A stretch of DNA of 64,000 nt from Ramazzottius varieornatus (taxonomy: Eukaryota; Animalia; Tardigrada), in assembly GCA_001949185.1 (NCBI GenBank), contig BDGG01000015.1, positions 315,036 to 379,035 on the forward strand. Reading direction: 5' to 3'. The notes under the pieces are model-generated. The model was not told where the DNA came from. It was given only the letters and a program-made list of their open reading frames with translations, and made no database searches. Positions 12,526 to 24,456 of this stretch are shown one piece after another. Position numbers and translations under genes: made by a program. How positions within the stretch are numbered: the stretch's first letter is position 1; each line of letters starts with the position of its first letter.

Positions 12526-13593
12526 ATGGATACAAGCACTGTGATCAATTATTGCTCCTTGTCGAATTCTACCCGCATTGATTTCACCCTTTCCCAGTAC
12601 CAAAATGTTCGGCAGTAACAGGGACCCATCCGGGACTCTTCGATTTGGCTCGGCCGAAGCAGTTGTCGGGGGGATTTTCCTGGAGCTTGGAAGTCGACCC
12701 CATACATCGAAAGCCGATTGACGGCTTGGAGGGAGTCGGAATCTTCTTGCGACAAATTCCTACGTCTGCGCAAGGTAAGACAGGCAGTATCACCACAGGA
12801 GTCGTTTTTGGGTGCGTGTTAGACCCCTTTTTCCGCTGTTGACGGAATCTACAACATGCACTCACTGTTTCCTGTTTCTTTCAGCTTTGTGGACCCTGTC
12901 ACCGACGACTTTCTGCCGGACTTCTCCACATTTGTCAAGAGGTTCCCTTCTCGTCTCCGCGCACTCCATGAAGTAGAACCAGTCGTTTCGCACGGCTCTT
13001 GCAAGGTTCGTGCCGTCATCACCACCAGCCTCGAGCTAGCATCTTCATCGGCTACGTATGTATCCGATGGCACGAAGGGAAATCGGATGTATGAGTCGGA
13101 TATTGGTCGCGATTTCACGCTAGTCTCCTCCGAAGGAGCCGAACGACACGTTCACAAAGCGGTCTTGAACGCTTCTTCCTCGATCTTCCAACGAATGTTC
13201 CAAGCAAACTTGGCAGAATGCCGAACTGGCCGCTGTGTCATCCCCGACATCGACACCCAAACTCTGGACTTCCTTCTTCGTTACATGTACTACGGTTCTT
13301 TGGACGGAATGGTGAAAAAGGGAAGGACATCTTGGCTGCAGCCGAGAAGTATGGGTTGCTGGAACTGAAGGAAGCTTGCGAGAAAGTGCTGATCGGACAA
13401 CTTGGAATTGCTGTTCATGGCCGATATGTATTCCGCTGCACTACTGAAGGAAGCCGTCATCGCGAACCTCGTCAAGAACGGCGCGAAAGCTCATAAGGAT
13501 GGAGTGCTGAACAAGATTATGAAGCAGGCCGTCAAGACCGGAAATGCCGGGTTGGTGTGCGACATTTTCGGGGCGGTGTTCCAGAAGAATTGA
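12526..13593 (+). pseudogene. BTB/POZ (SPOP-like BTB-BACK) gene with several frameshifts
   Basis: BTB core DFTLVS...HVHKAVL..SS.IFQRMF......IPDID...LLRYMY. LAAAEKYGLLELKEACE and LELLFMADMY lie in two other frames with no room for introns. Confidence 0.75.
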
Positions 13594-13640
13594 TACACAC
13601 GTCTGGATAATCTGATCCTTTGAATATTCTGCAATAAATT

Positions 13641-13701
13641 ATGAGTGGTATTGAAATGAGTGGCGTTTAAGTGAGTGGCGTTTAATATGAGTGGCGTTTA
13701 A
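13641..13701. repeat. Short tandem repeat (atgagtggcgtttaa) x3-4
   Basis: Directly visible just after the aataaa at 13633. Confidence 0.85.
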
Positions 13702-13836
13702 ATTCAAACTATATATAAGGCAACCATAAGTCGTGACCAGTCAGAATGGCAACCTGTTGATTATAGAGCAATACGGAGCCCGAAGAAATTTCTATCTAAC
13801 TCTGCCAACTCTGCACTCGTTCTGTTTTTGTTACAA

Positions 13837-15448
13837 TTAAATCTTCATGCATTGGACCAACGTCTGGAACTCTAGGTTTGAACTTCCGCCTTGCCCCACA
13901 GCCTCGTGTAGTTTCATCTGCAGTTCCCTGGCTGAATTCCGCATGTTATCGTTACCAGCGACCTTCTCGACCAACCCCACAAGTTCTTCCGCCGAGACCA
14001 CCCTTCCGAACCTGTAGTCGGCATCTCTCAGTACAAATGCCGCGCCATGCTTTTCCAAGAACTCCGCGTTAATCGACTGGTCTGCCGCTTGTGGCCAGGC
14101 GACAAACGGTACTCCACCCATCAGTCCCTCCAACGTCCCATTCCAGCCACAGTGGCTGACGAATACGCTCGTACTCTTGTGACCCAACACCAGCGTCTGA
14201 GGAACCCAAGACATCAATAAGACCGACGAGTTCGGTTCTGTGAGTCCTCCACCAACCTCTTCAAGAAAGGCTCCCGGAAGGAGGCTTTGATGTTGGCTTT
14301 TCAACGACCAGACAACAGCCCGAGTCTTTCGAAGCACCTTGATGGCTTCCATGATTTCGACCATCTGACCAACATTTGGAGTGGCGATCGTACCGAATGA
14401 AATATACACTACCGAGTGCTTTTTCTTGAAATCCAGCCACTTTTTGACTTTTGCTTGGACGACCATTTCCTCGTTGCTCTTTGCAGTGCTGGTTGACTCG
14501 CGAGCTGGAGGGGACAACATCAGCGGACCCACGCAGAAAAACGGAACGTTCGCCATGCCCGGCTGTTGCTTCGCCTGAACGATGACATCCTCCTCAAAAG
14601 CCCGAATGGAATTGATGATGACGCCGCGGCACTTTGGCATGGCTTTCTTCAATGGAAGGAAAAATTCGTGGAGCAATGTGGCGGGAACTGGACGAGTTAG
14701 ACATCCATCGAAGGCAGGGTATTCCATCAAGGTTGGAGCGTCAGAAAAGTGAAGCATTGGGGTATTCTCGTCGATGAGGAAAGTGTAGAGGGACAGGTTA
14801 TATGCACATCCGGTATTCAGAATGTAGAAAGGAATGTTCCTCTCAATGGCGGCGGTCAACGCGATTCCGGTAAAGTTATCGATAATGAGGAAATCCACAG
14901 GCTTTACTGATGAGTCTGGGTCAGTCACGGAGTTTTCTGCAGTTCAGCCCGAAACATTGTTAGAAAATACTGTAGTAAATTTAAAAGACACGACATGCTT
15001 CTGATGCGTAGCTTAGTTCTTGTAAGGTTGCTTCCTCGGCCAAGAAGCGAACTAAATCTTGTATGAGATCGATTTTGACGGTTATGATTTTACCTGTAGG
15101 GTTTGGGGCTGTTCTTGTTGAAATATTCCGGACGAAGTTTCCGACTCCCTTCAGCATTTTGTGCATGTCCTCGCCGATCGACCTGCCGCTTTTTTCGTGT
15201 GTAAGGGCATCCAGTTCTCCTTCAATGCCATCTCGGATACCGTAGAACTGAACTTTGCCGGTATCACACAGTCCACGTCTTTGCAGACCCTCCAACGAAG
15301 AGCTGGACAAGGCTAAAGTTACATCATGGGACGAGCTGAGGCGTTCGGCCAGTTCCAACATGGGGATGATGTGCCCAAATGCATTGAGCGTCACGCAGAT
15401 AATATGGGTCTTTCCTGGGTTATCCATCGAAAACAACTGACTGAGCAT
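13837..15448 (-). CDS. UDP-glycosyltransferase (GT1), soluble plant/fungal-like type, 2 exons
   Basis: GHIIPMLELA catalytic-His motif, VVYISFGT, PSPG-like box WVPQTLVLGH....FVSHCGWNGTLE....GVP..AWP..ADQ, C-terminal AV..GGSS. Intron 14937-15093. Start is either 15448 or 15427. Confidence 0.93.
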
Positions 15449-16377
15449 CCAGGACGGTACTTAAAGGTTCGAGAAACCAGCGATATAGAGGTTGCCGTTG
15501 AAGTGTAAGAACATTCTTGTTGGGTTGAATTAGAAATCGACGTAACTGGAAACGCTTGGTCATGCCGGAAGACAGTCGACAATCGAATGACCACAGGCCA
15601 CTTCGAGATATCATCGTCGGGGCCACTCTGGTCTATATAGTTCCATCGGAAAATCAAACCAGATATGATGCAATCTAATCTTAGACGAGTGTAATTTTCG
15701 ATAGCCTCTTATTCTAGTCGTGAACGTCAACCAACTTAGTTGCATGGAGGGAGGAAGATTAACACTTGGAACAAGCTAAGCCTGTTGCCGGTTTGTCCAG
15801 TCTTTTTCTTATCCGCGGCATGCCATCCTCGGTAAGCAATTCTGCCAATGCACCTGTGCTGCAAAAATAAGGAAGATAAGCGGAACTGAAATGAGGGACA
15901 GAGAGAGGCAAAGCTGGAGGAGGAGAACAGATCGCAAGCAGACCACTTTCGGGATTCTGACTTCTGAGTTCAAGGGTGCCTTAAGTTCTCGCCGTCTTTC
16001 CGCCCTATCCCATTTGGAATTGGCCCAATACCTTCCTGTTTTGTAACCATTTGTCACCGGAGTGCTTGTGGCGACTCTCGGTGTTATGTTAAGTCGCGTC
16101 ATGTCAGGTTAAGCTTGTGGCAAGAGAGCCTCTGGGCATTCCCAGCTCTCCAGACGTGGATGCCTTGCAAGGCATCGTGCCAAGGCTTACACAAGTCATT
16201 TGTCTCTTGTGCTTGTATCTAACGGTTGGCTCATGTTGAATGTTTGGATGTAATATCTTCCCCGTGTTGCATCCTGTTTCCGTGTTCCCTTTACGCCCTG
16301 AGCTTGCTGGTGGCATCTCTGAGAGGCTTGTTGAGGATAGGGTAGAAGTCTGATCAACTTCCGGCTTGATTCCTCCT

Positions 16378-16790
16378 GTTACTTGCTAGGGCCAGTTGTC
16401 ATGCCTCGAAGTGATGAACCTTCTGGCCTGGATCGGTCGTGAATCGGGGTGAAAGACCCTCGTCCAGCGAAGCCTAGACTGGTAAGGGAGCATTCATTAA
16501 TGACGTCAGGTACCCAGGGAGGGAGGGATGATGGGTTCCTGAAACCTGACAGCAATGTCATTAAAGCCAGTTGATTGCTTGAATTGCCTGACATGGGAGG
16601 AGGGAAGGTCAGGCCTCCTAAAATCAAAACCTGACGTCATTAATGAATGCTCTCTCAGTCTGTTTCTTGTCCTCGCTAGGGCTAGTTGCCAGGACACGGA
16701 GTGTTAGACCTTTTGTCCTGGATCGGTCGTGAGTTGGGGTGAAAGATCCTCGTCCAGCGAAGCCTAGACTAGTGAGCCTGTTCTTGTTGG
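16378..16790. repeat. Two ~105 bp imperfect direct repeats
   Basis: gctagggc(c/t)agttg...ctggatcggtcgtga..ggggtgaaaga.cctcgtccagcgaagcctagact at about 16385-16482 and 16676-16772. Confidence 0.8.
16488..16652. mobile_element. MITE with 23-bp perfect TIRs
   Basis: gagcattcattaatgacgtcagg ... cctgacgtcattaatgaatgctc. Confidence 0.75.
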
Positions 16791-16858
16791 GGAATACCTG
16801 CGGTCACAGGGCGAGAGCCTCGTTGTCTGTAGGAGCAGAGCCGAGCACTTGTCGAGTA

Positions 16859-18657
16859 CAGTCCAGTCGCTCGAGATGTGTACATCGCTCTTCGATTTTA
16901 ACTTGCCACCAGCCAAACATTTACCGTATAGCTTGCAAAAAAACAAAAGAAATTGACGTCAAGAGGCTACGGCCGATATATTTGAGCAAAGATCAGCTAC
17001 ATGTTTTCCACCATATGGAACGCACCAGCTTTGCGGAAGCAGTTTCGTATAGTCGAACTATTAACTTCTGACCATGCCTTCACAATCCATTTGATCGAAT
17101 GCAGAACTGTTAGAGACCTTTTATATTCCTCGAGGTTCTGGAAGTTCTCTCTGTTTTCGCGGCGATGGTCAGCTTTGGCAGCGCTTTCATGTGCCTGGAA
17201 GGTCTTGATAATTCCTTGATCGAGAGGCTGGATTATGCTGGTTTGTTTAGGAGGCAAGAAAACGAGCTTCACATGAGATAGACTATCGACCTTGTGGCCT
17301 GATGCGTTGTCCAGCAAGAGCAAGAGCCTTTTTTCGTTTAGTTCTTTCAACCAGGGAGTAAAGACGGCCTTTGTTATCCAGGCTTTTATGTTGTTCGCCC
17401 ACGTAAAGCCAGCTTTCTTGAAGTCTAGCTTTACCTTGGTGAAGGCACGCGGCTTTCTGGACCGTCCTATGACAAGGGGAGGAAGCTTCTCGCCAGACGC
17501 ACTGCAGCAGAGCATGACCGATATCCGTTCCGTCACCTTCTTTCCACCTTTCATCCTTTGTCCAACCTTAAGAAGAGTCTTTCGAGGCATAGAGCGACAG
17601 TAGCTTCCGGTTTCATCACAATTAAAAATGTCAGCGTTCTTGTATCTCTGAAGGGTCTCAGGCAACTTGTTTCTTATCCAGTCTTCCGCGACTTTAAGAT
17701 CACTTCCTGCTTCTTCGCCTGCAAGTAATGCTGTACTACTACAGCACTTCAGAGAAGTTACTTTGAGAGGTAGAATTCTACCTCGCAAAACCACTGTCTG
17801 AAGCTGGTTTCTTCTAAGGACACCAGAAACCCATCCTTGACTACCTTTGAAGTTTTCTGTATTCAAGTTGGTAGCTACGAGCCGTGCCTCCTCCTTCAGA
17901 TCAGTGAATGATACAGGAAATCTCTTCTGAATACAATCTTCATGGTATTTCATAGCCGCTTCTTCAAGAACGTCGAACTTGCGCTTCCTGGATACGATAC
18001 TTTTACTGCGAACGTCAGCCGGCAACGCGAGATACTTCTCTCGCTGTTTGCCAAGTTTTGCAATAGTCGATCGGTAGCGGACGTTGAACTTTTCCATGAT
18101 TTCCCTCAGAGTCACCTAACAAAAAAAGAAAGGTCAGCCCACGATCTCTGGTTCTCCTGCAAACATCGAAGGTTTTACCTGCGACGGATATAATTCCAGT
18201 ATCTTTCGCTTTTACTCCAACGTCAGCCTATCGCCAGTCCTTCCTCGAGCAACAACAGTGGACCCATTACCAGCAGGATTAGATCCAGATGCCATCTCAG
18301 CGGTCAGCAAGAGGAGTTCGCTGGAAACAAGGATTTGTCGGCTGCAGAGATTAACCGGAAGTGCCTCTCGTCGTTTACTGCTTATCCGTGAGATATACTC
18401 CATCAAATGTCCTTTCTGTCGATCAAAGCTTCAGTCTACGGACGTATTCTCAACTCTTCACTGCTTGTCTGGGAAGCACGCGACGCGGTAGGGAAGAGAA
18501 AGTTCGGAAATTTGAGAAGAAAAGCGAAAAGTAAATGCAACGGGTTGCGTGAATGAACAAATAATCAATAAGGGCTATGGCGAGCAGTCTTGTGCTCACT
18601 GTGATTTTGCAGTTTTGAAATCGAAGAGCGATGTACACATCTCGAGCGACTGGACTG
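16859..18657 (-). mobile_element. Full-length pogo/Tigger-family DNA transposon (1799 bp)
   Basis: Perfect 40-bp TIRs cagtccagtcgctcgagatgtgtacatcgctcttcgattt, with TA duplication on both sides. Confidence 0.95.
16997..18295 (-). CDS. pogo/Tigger transposase (CENP-B-like HTH + DDE_1), 3 exons
   Basis: FKGSQGW, FNCDETG, LLLDNASGH, FLPP..TS..QPLDQGII, I.NCFRKAG. Exons 18295-18179, 18115-17782 and 17718-16997; both introns are 63 nt GT-AG. Confidence 0.9.
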
Positions 18658-18993
18658 TAACACTGAACTTGCAGGAAGAACGATAGGTTTCTGAAGGTGT
18701 TGCGTTAACTCCGTTAACACATTACCCTGAATGAAGGTTCGGCAAACTAAACCCTCACTTGGCGGAGGATAAAATTAGCGGACCTCGATGCGGCCGGGAG
18801 TGAGATTTCCAGATCACGAGGCGCCACCTACGGATGTTTTCTTGTCTTAATACCTATGTACATTCAATCAAACGCGGCCAATCAACCAGCTTGTCGTCAG
18901 GACTTTAAATTTGCGGGGCAACATTTCCTCCAGTTTCCTCCCATCTGTTCCAGTTTCCTTCTGTTTACATCCTCGCCAACCAGTGCTGCGCTG

Positions 18994-20954
18994 ATGGAAG
19001 AGACTACAGCTTCTGTGTCCGGGAGGCACCATCGGATAAGTGAATCGGTTCTGCCGTCGTCGGCGGCAGAGGTCGACGGTACTTCAGCGACTGTGGACAG
19101 CTTGGACGAAGCGATGGGAAATCTGGACGTCTGCGACGAGTATGGCAACTCTACTGCTGATCTTCCTGGAACTTTGGTGACACTAGATGATATACCCGAC
19201 GGTCTTCTGGCCGATATGCTTGGTTTCGTTGATCTTCAACCCCGGACGAAGTTTCGCATGTGAGTTCAGTTTTGAACTGAAGAGGAACTCCACTAAACTT
19301 TCATATGATTTGGTTCGCTTGATTGTTTGCATAGGATATGTTCAAGATGGAATTATCTCCTCACTTCCGGTGGCGTCATGAAGACCATCAGCTTCGACAT
19401 GAACAACATCACCGAACGGAGGACAGTGTGTAATAGCTCCGTCATCGAACCCGAAGAAGTTGAAGATAGACCTTTGGAAAGGGTGTTCGTTCTTCGTCGA
19501 GGAGTTCCTTTGGGAGAGGGAGACTCTGCCCGATGGGGCAAGACTGATTACTTCCGAGTGGACAATGCGGAAACTAACCCTGTAAAGACGGTGAAGATCC
19601 AGAATCTTTCGATGTATATTCGGGAATATGGTAGTAACGTCCAGAACGTCCTTCTGTACGGTAAGAAACTGATGAACTGGACCAGGAACAAATAGAGAGG
19701 CTGGCGAACCAGATGTGCTCTTTGGCCGTGCACCTACATGTGCGAAAGTTCGACTTTGTTGTACCGTTCGAGTATGCATGTGCACGAGTTGGTCGATGCT
19801 GCGCAAGCAAGGTGTAATACGTACCACGCAGGCCTGCTTGCGAGTTGTAGAAAGCATGGTTTGAGGTGTGTAGGTGCCTGAGAGTCAGAGACCAGCTGAT
19901 GGTTTTCGGGTTGGCTGGTCTCCTAAAATTTTTCACATCCTCGATGAACGTTCATCTTTCCTAGACAGCTTCTTTAAAGCTTGCTTGATGTTTGCAGATC
20001 CAACACACCGTCAAGGAAGAGACTGGAGCGCCTTCCAGAATATTTTGAGGAATTTTTTGGGGATTTTCGATGACTCTCGTTTGGCACGTTTTATTCTTTC
20101 TGGCTATCATGTTTACGCTTCCATGTTGCTAGATATTCAGAAGTCATTACCAGATAGCTGCCAGATAGTCCTCCACCAAACTGTTATCTCAGGCCTTCAT
20201 CGCTGGATGTTCCCGCAAAGCCAACTAGCAGCGGGGTATTCTATCGAAGTGGAAGAGGCGGAAGTTGTTCGGCTGAACCGGGGACTTTGCCACCGTTTGT
20301 GTAATGTGACGGAAGAACAAGCTGAACCAACAGTTGAGGATACGGAACAAGTTGCGCAAGAGTTCTTCCGTCTGGCGAGCAAGTATGCCAGGGAAATGTA
20401 TGAGGAAGAAATTTTGGAGCTGATCCGAAGGAGACTCATTGCCTGCTGGGGAAGTTGGCCGAAAGGGTTTTTAACCGCGGGGTTCCGCGCTGACGTTCAG
20501 ACGATCTATTCGAAGTAAGTTAACACTCAGTCTGCTTCGATTTAAAGAAGCCGGACAGATCGTAGGTCGAAGTGGCGCACGCTCCCTGCTGTCACCATCG
20601 AAAACGTTCGCCACTTGGAAAAACAATCAAACCAGACATGTTCGTTTCCAAGTGGCGCACGCTCGTCCATTTTCACTGGATCTGTGCGCCACTTGGGACA
20701 CATTTTTGCCGAGCTCTGATTAATTTTGGTAACAATTTCTCTTCTTTCGTAGGCTGGAACCGAAGAAAGAAGACGGTAGCTTGGGTTTGGATGACTTCAC
20801 TTTGGAAAAGCTAAAGATGCTCCGTCCGCTGACTCTTCGCCTGATCGAATGGCAACTTCCCAGCCACGATCATCGCAATCCTGAAGAGGAGATTGACGGG
20901 CAACCGAATTACCATGTGGTGGGGATTGATGACAATGACGATGAGAACGAATGA
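18994..20954 (+). pseudogene. F-box-domain protein, 4 exons, one apparent 1-nt frameshift near 19690
   Basis: F-box LDDIPDGLLADMLGFVD....-ICSRWNYL is joined across intron 19260-19333. Later introns are 19812-19873 and 20515-20752. The frame is continuous only if one base is added at about 19690. Confidence 0.7.
20560..20716. repeat. Palindromic hairpin repeat, dimer, in F-box gene intron
   Basis: Two aagtggcgcac...cgccacttgg units. Confidence 0.85.
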
Positions 20955-21299
20955 ATTGTAAATTACGGTATTTTTGTTTCCTTTTGGCCTCATTTCTTCG
21001 GTGCAAATATCGCATGGTGTTTACTTACGAATCATTTTCTCGTACTAAGTTATGTTTTTAGGTGGAACTATTTGGTTTTTTTGTCCGTTAAGTATCCGCG
21101 TGTGAAGGTGTCTGTTTTGTATTGGACATTTCTTTGTTACCGTTTCATATGGACTGGAGTCGCCTATTTTAATCGTGGTGGTGACGGTGGTACTGACAAA
21201 GTAAACCGAAGGATCTCCGTGAAATTGAAATTAACGAACTTCTGCTGTATCGCTTTGATATTTATCATAATTCAAACCCCTCGCGTTCTTCTTTGACTC

Positions 21300-21740
21300 C
21301 TGGATCTTGGGCTCCTGACGTAATTCTGAACCGAGCAAGGTCCAGAATTCTTGACGTCATCGCATTAGCACAGAAGACGAAGACGTAAGCAGTCCGAGTT
21401 TTACTTCGTTGTGACGTAAGGCCTAACGGGATGTACCAGTCTGGTACAGTGACGTTTCGAATTATGAGTTGAGCGCGGGAATATGGCACGTGGTTTTTAA
21501 CTGGCTCCGTGCGCTGTACGAAGCACCTGGTTGGTATGACTTGATTTGGCTCAATTGCGTTATTAATCGAGCCTGTTGGGGACGAAACTGCGCTTCGTAT
21601 ACCATCTGGAGAGCACGTGGTTAGTTATGTCTTTATAGTGGATCACAGTCACGAGGCCAATTTTGTTAATTTGAACTGGGCTAAATTGATTTGATGGTGA
21701 AGCGTGCACAATGCACGGTGAAATTCAGTCGACGTTGTGG
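21300..21740 (+). promoter_or_regulatory. Putative Dsup promoter with clustered CRE/ATF-like sites
   Basis: TGACGTAA 21316, TGACGTCA 21352, TGACGTAA 21412, TGACGT 21450; CACGTG 21487 and 21614; Inr-like TCAGTC at about 21725. Confidence 0.45.
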
Positions 21741-21912
21741 TTTATTTCTTGCCAGAATTCAATTTGAATCCTTTGACTTCGTTATCTTCCGACACCATTC
21801 GCTTCACTCCCGCTGGAAAAAATCCCGTGCTACATCTGTATCGTCGTGAACGTCTACATCCTCTTTCCGCCAAGACAAACCGACCTGGACCGTGTCTATC
21901 CACCTCGAAAGA

Positions 21913-23739
21913 ATGGCATCCACACACCAATCATCCACAGAACCCTCTTCCACAGGTAAACAAGGCTTTACTTCCGGAAAAGTTTTTGTCCACCTCTCTT
22001 ATTTTCAGTATGTAGAAGAGCGTCTGAGTGATCCAGATATAATTTTGCGAGATGGCGATTGCATTTGTGTGACTTTCTGTGGGCGGCTAAAGATGGTGGA
22101 CGTGCTTACCCTTGTAACGGTATCTTTACGCTGTGACCGACCATAACGCATTATCTGGTTCGTGTATGCCACGCCATACGGACAAACTGCATAGTCTGAC
22201 GTGTCCGGTGAAGTGACGCACCTTGTCGCGTGATAGCACGATCATCTGCGCCACCCGCCAAGCACAGCAAAAGATTGTTACGTCTTGAGCTGCACTGCGG
22301 CTGCCATTTTGAATCTTCAACGTTGTATAATCTGAGTTTCAGTACGTTATTTTGATCCACAGCTCATGGGTCCAGTGATTTCTTGCAGGTAAATCTGAGG
22401 AAACGAAGAAAGATGCTTCGCAAGGGAGCGGGCAAGACTCCAAGAACGTAACCGTTACCAAAGGTACCGGTTCCTCCGCCACCTCAGCTGCCATTGTCAA
22501 GACAGGAGGATCCCAAGGCAAAGATTCCTCTACTACAGCGGGCTCTTCTAGTACTCAGGGACAGAAGTTCAGTACTACACCTACCGACCCGAAAACTTTC
22601 AGCTCTGACCAAAAGGAGAAATCCAAAAGCCCAGCCAAAGAAGTCCCGTCTGGTGGCGATAGTAAGTCCCAAGGTGACACCAAGTCTCAAAGCGACGCCA
22701 AATCTTCTGGACAAAGTCAGGGCCAGTCTAAAGACAGCGGCAAATCATCTTCCGACAGTAGCAAGAGTCACTCTGTCATCGGAGCTGTCAAAGACGTCGT
22801 TGCAGGCGCCAAAGATGTCGCAGGAAAAGCCGTCGAGGTAGGCTTATTCCCATTTTGCAATTATTTGTTTATTATGAATGTGTGCTCTTTCAGGATGCTC
22901 CTAGCATCATGCATACTGCAGTCGATGCTGTGAAGAACGCAGCCACGACTGTGAAGGATGTGGCATCGTCGGCTGCATCGACTGTGGCGGAGAAGGTAGT
23001 CGATGCTTACCACAGTGTGGTGGGAGACAAGACGGACGACAAGAAAGAGGGCGAGCACAGCGGCGACAAGAAGGACGACTCCAAAGCTGGAAGTGGCTCT
23101 GGACAAGGTGGTGACAACAAGAAGTCTGAAGGAGAGACTTCTGGCCAAGCAGAATCCAGCTCTGGCAACGAAGGAGCTGCTCCAGCCAAAGGCCGTGGTC
23201 GTGGACGGCCTCCAGCAGCTGCTAAAGGAGTTGCTAAGGGTGCTGCAAAGGGCGCTGCCGCCTCCAAAGGAGCCAAGAGCGGTGCTGAATCCTCCAAGGG
23301 AGGAGAACAGTCGTCAGGAGATATCGAGATGGCAGATGCTTCCTCCAAGGGAGGCTCGGACCAGAGGGATTCCGCGGCGACCGTTGGCGAAGGTGGTGCA
23401 TCAGGCAGTGAGGGTGGAGCTAAGAAAGGCAGAGGGCGGGGCGCTGGTAAGAAAGCGGATGCGGGTGATACGTCCGCTGAGCCGCCTCGGCGGTCGTCCC
23501 GCCTGACGTCTTCAGGTACAGGGGCGGGTTCCGCTCCAGCTGCAGCGAAAGGCGGAGCGAAGCGTGCTGCTTCTTCCTCCAGTACACCTTCCAACGCTAA
23601 GAAGCAAGCGACTGGAGGTGCTGGCAAAGCTGCTGCCACCAAAGCAACTGCTGCCAAATCGGCAGCCTCTAAAGCTCCCCAGAATGGCGCAGGTGCCAAG
23701 AAGAAGGGAGGAAAGGCTGGAGGACGGAAGAGGAAGTAA
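21913..23739 (+). CDS. Dsup: Damage suppressor protein Dsup (445 aa, intrinsically disordered nucleosome-binding protein)
   Basis: Exons 21913-21955, 22389-22837 and 22894-23739 (43+449+846 nt) give 445 aa plus stop: MASTHQSSTEPSSTGKSEETKKDASQGSGQ...EPPRRSSRLTS...KKKGGKAGGRKRK. This matches the R. varieornatus Dsup sequence as I recall it. HMGN-like RRSSRL motif at 23488-23505. Confidence 0.98.
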
Positions 23740-24289
23740 AAGAGGAACAGAATAAAATAAGACATTCCGTCTAGCATTTCGTTCTTGTTTCGGTCGTCAA
23801 TACACTATGACACACGGGTATTGTTGTCTCTTTTACCTTTAATATTTTCCTTGGTTGAAGTTTCCTCTGTCCCTCTCTAAACTTTGAATTTTAATCCAGA
23901 GGACGCAGACACGACAGTTTTCTTTGCCTCTCATGATATCCCGTGTAGTCATTATTGATTTCGAATACTTCAGAAACCCGAAAGGCGAAGGTTGACGGCC
24001 ATGTTTTCTTTGGTCTCTGGGCGAGTATTCTTGTTGTTTTTTCGTTGAACGATGTGTTTATTTCTCGTTCTGTGTGTAGTATCAAATATGCTTTTCCTAA
24101 TGTGTATTTAGCTTACTTCCTTATTATATATTCACTTTATGTACAATAAATACTTCTCGATAATCATGTTAGTTCGTCAGATTTCAAAGTTGGAAGTTCG
24201 ATTCGAAGAAGTTTTCCTTTCCGAACTGGGAGACAGAACTCGCGCGGAACGCAGTGAACGGGACCTGGACCAATAATTCACCCAGAAGG

Positions 24290-24456
24290 TTATGTCAACT
24301 GGCGCACATCTTCATTGTTATTGCGCGAGAGCGCGCGCCACTTGGAAAACGGTCTATCCAGTTTTCGAAGTAGCGCACGTTGCCGTTGCTATTGGCTGGG
24401 AGCGTACGGCTGTTGCGAAAATAACGATGCAGGTGGATTGATCTGCCGGCGTCCTA
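24290..24456. repeat. Palindromic hairpin repeat, dimer, between the convergent Dsup and TSC22 3' ends
   Basis: caactggcgcac...gcgccacttgg and gaagtagcgcac...ctattggctg. Confidence 0.8.

Noticed and set aside
23007-23777. 256-aa antisense ORF and 167-aa alternative-frame ORF over Dsup exon 3
   Set aside because: Expected by-products of the biased G/A/S/K codon content of Dsup; there is no independent evidence of coding.
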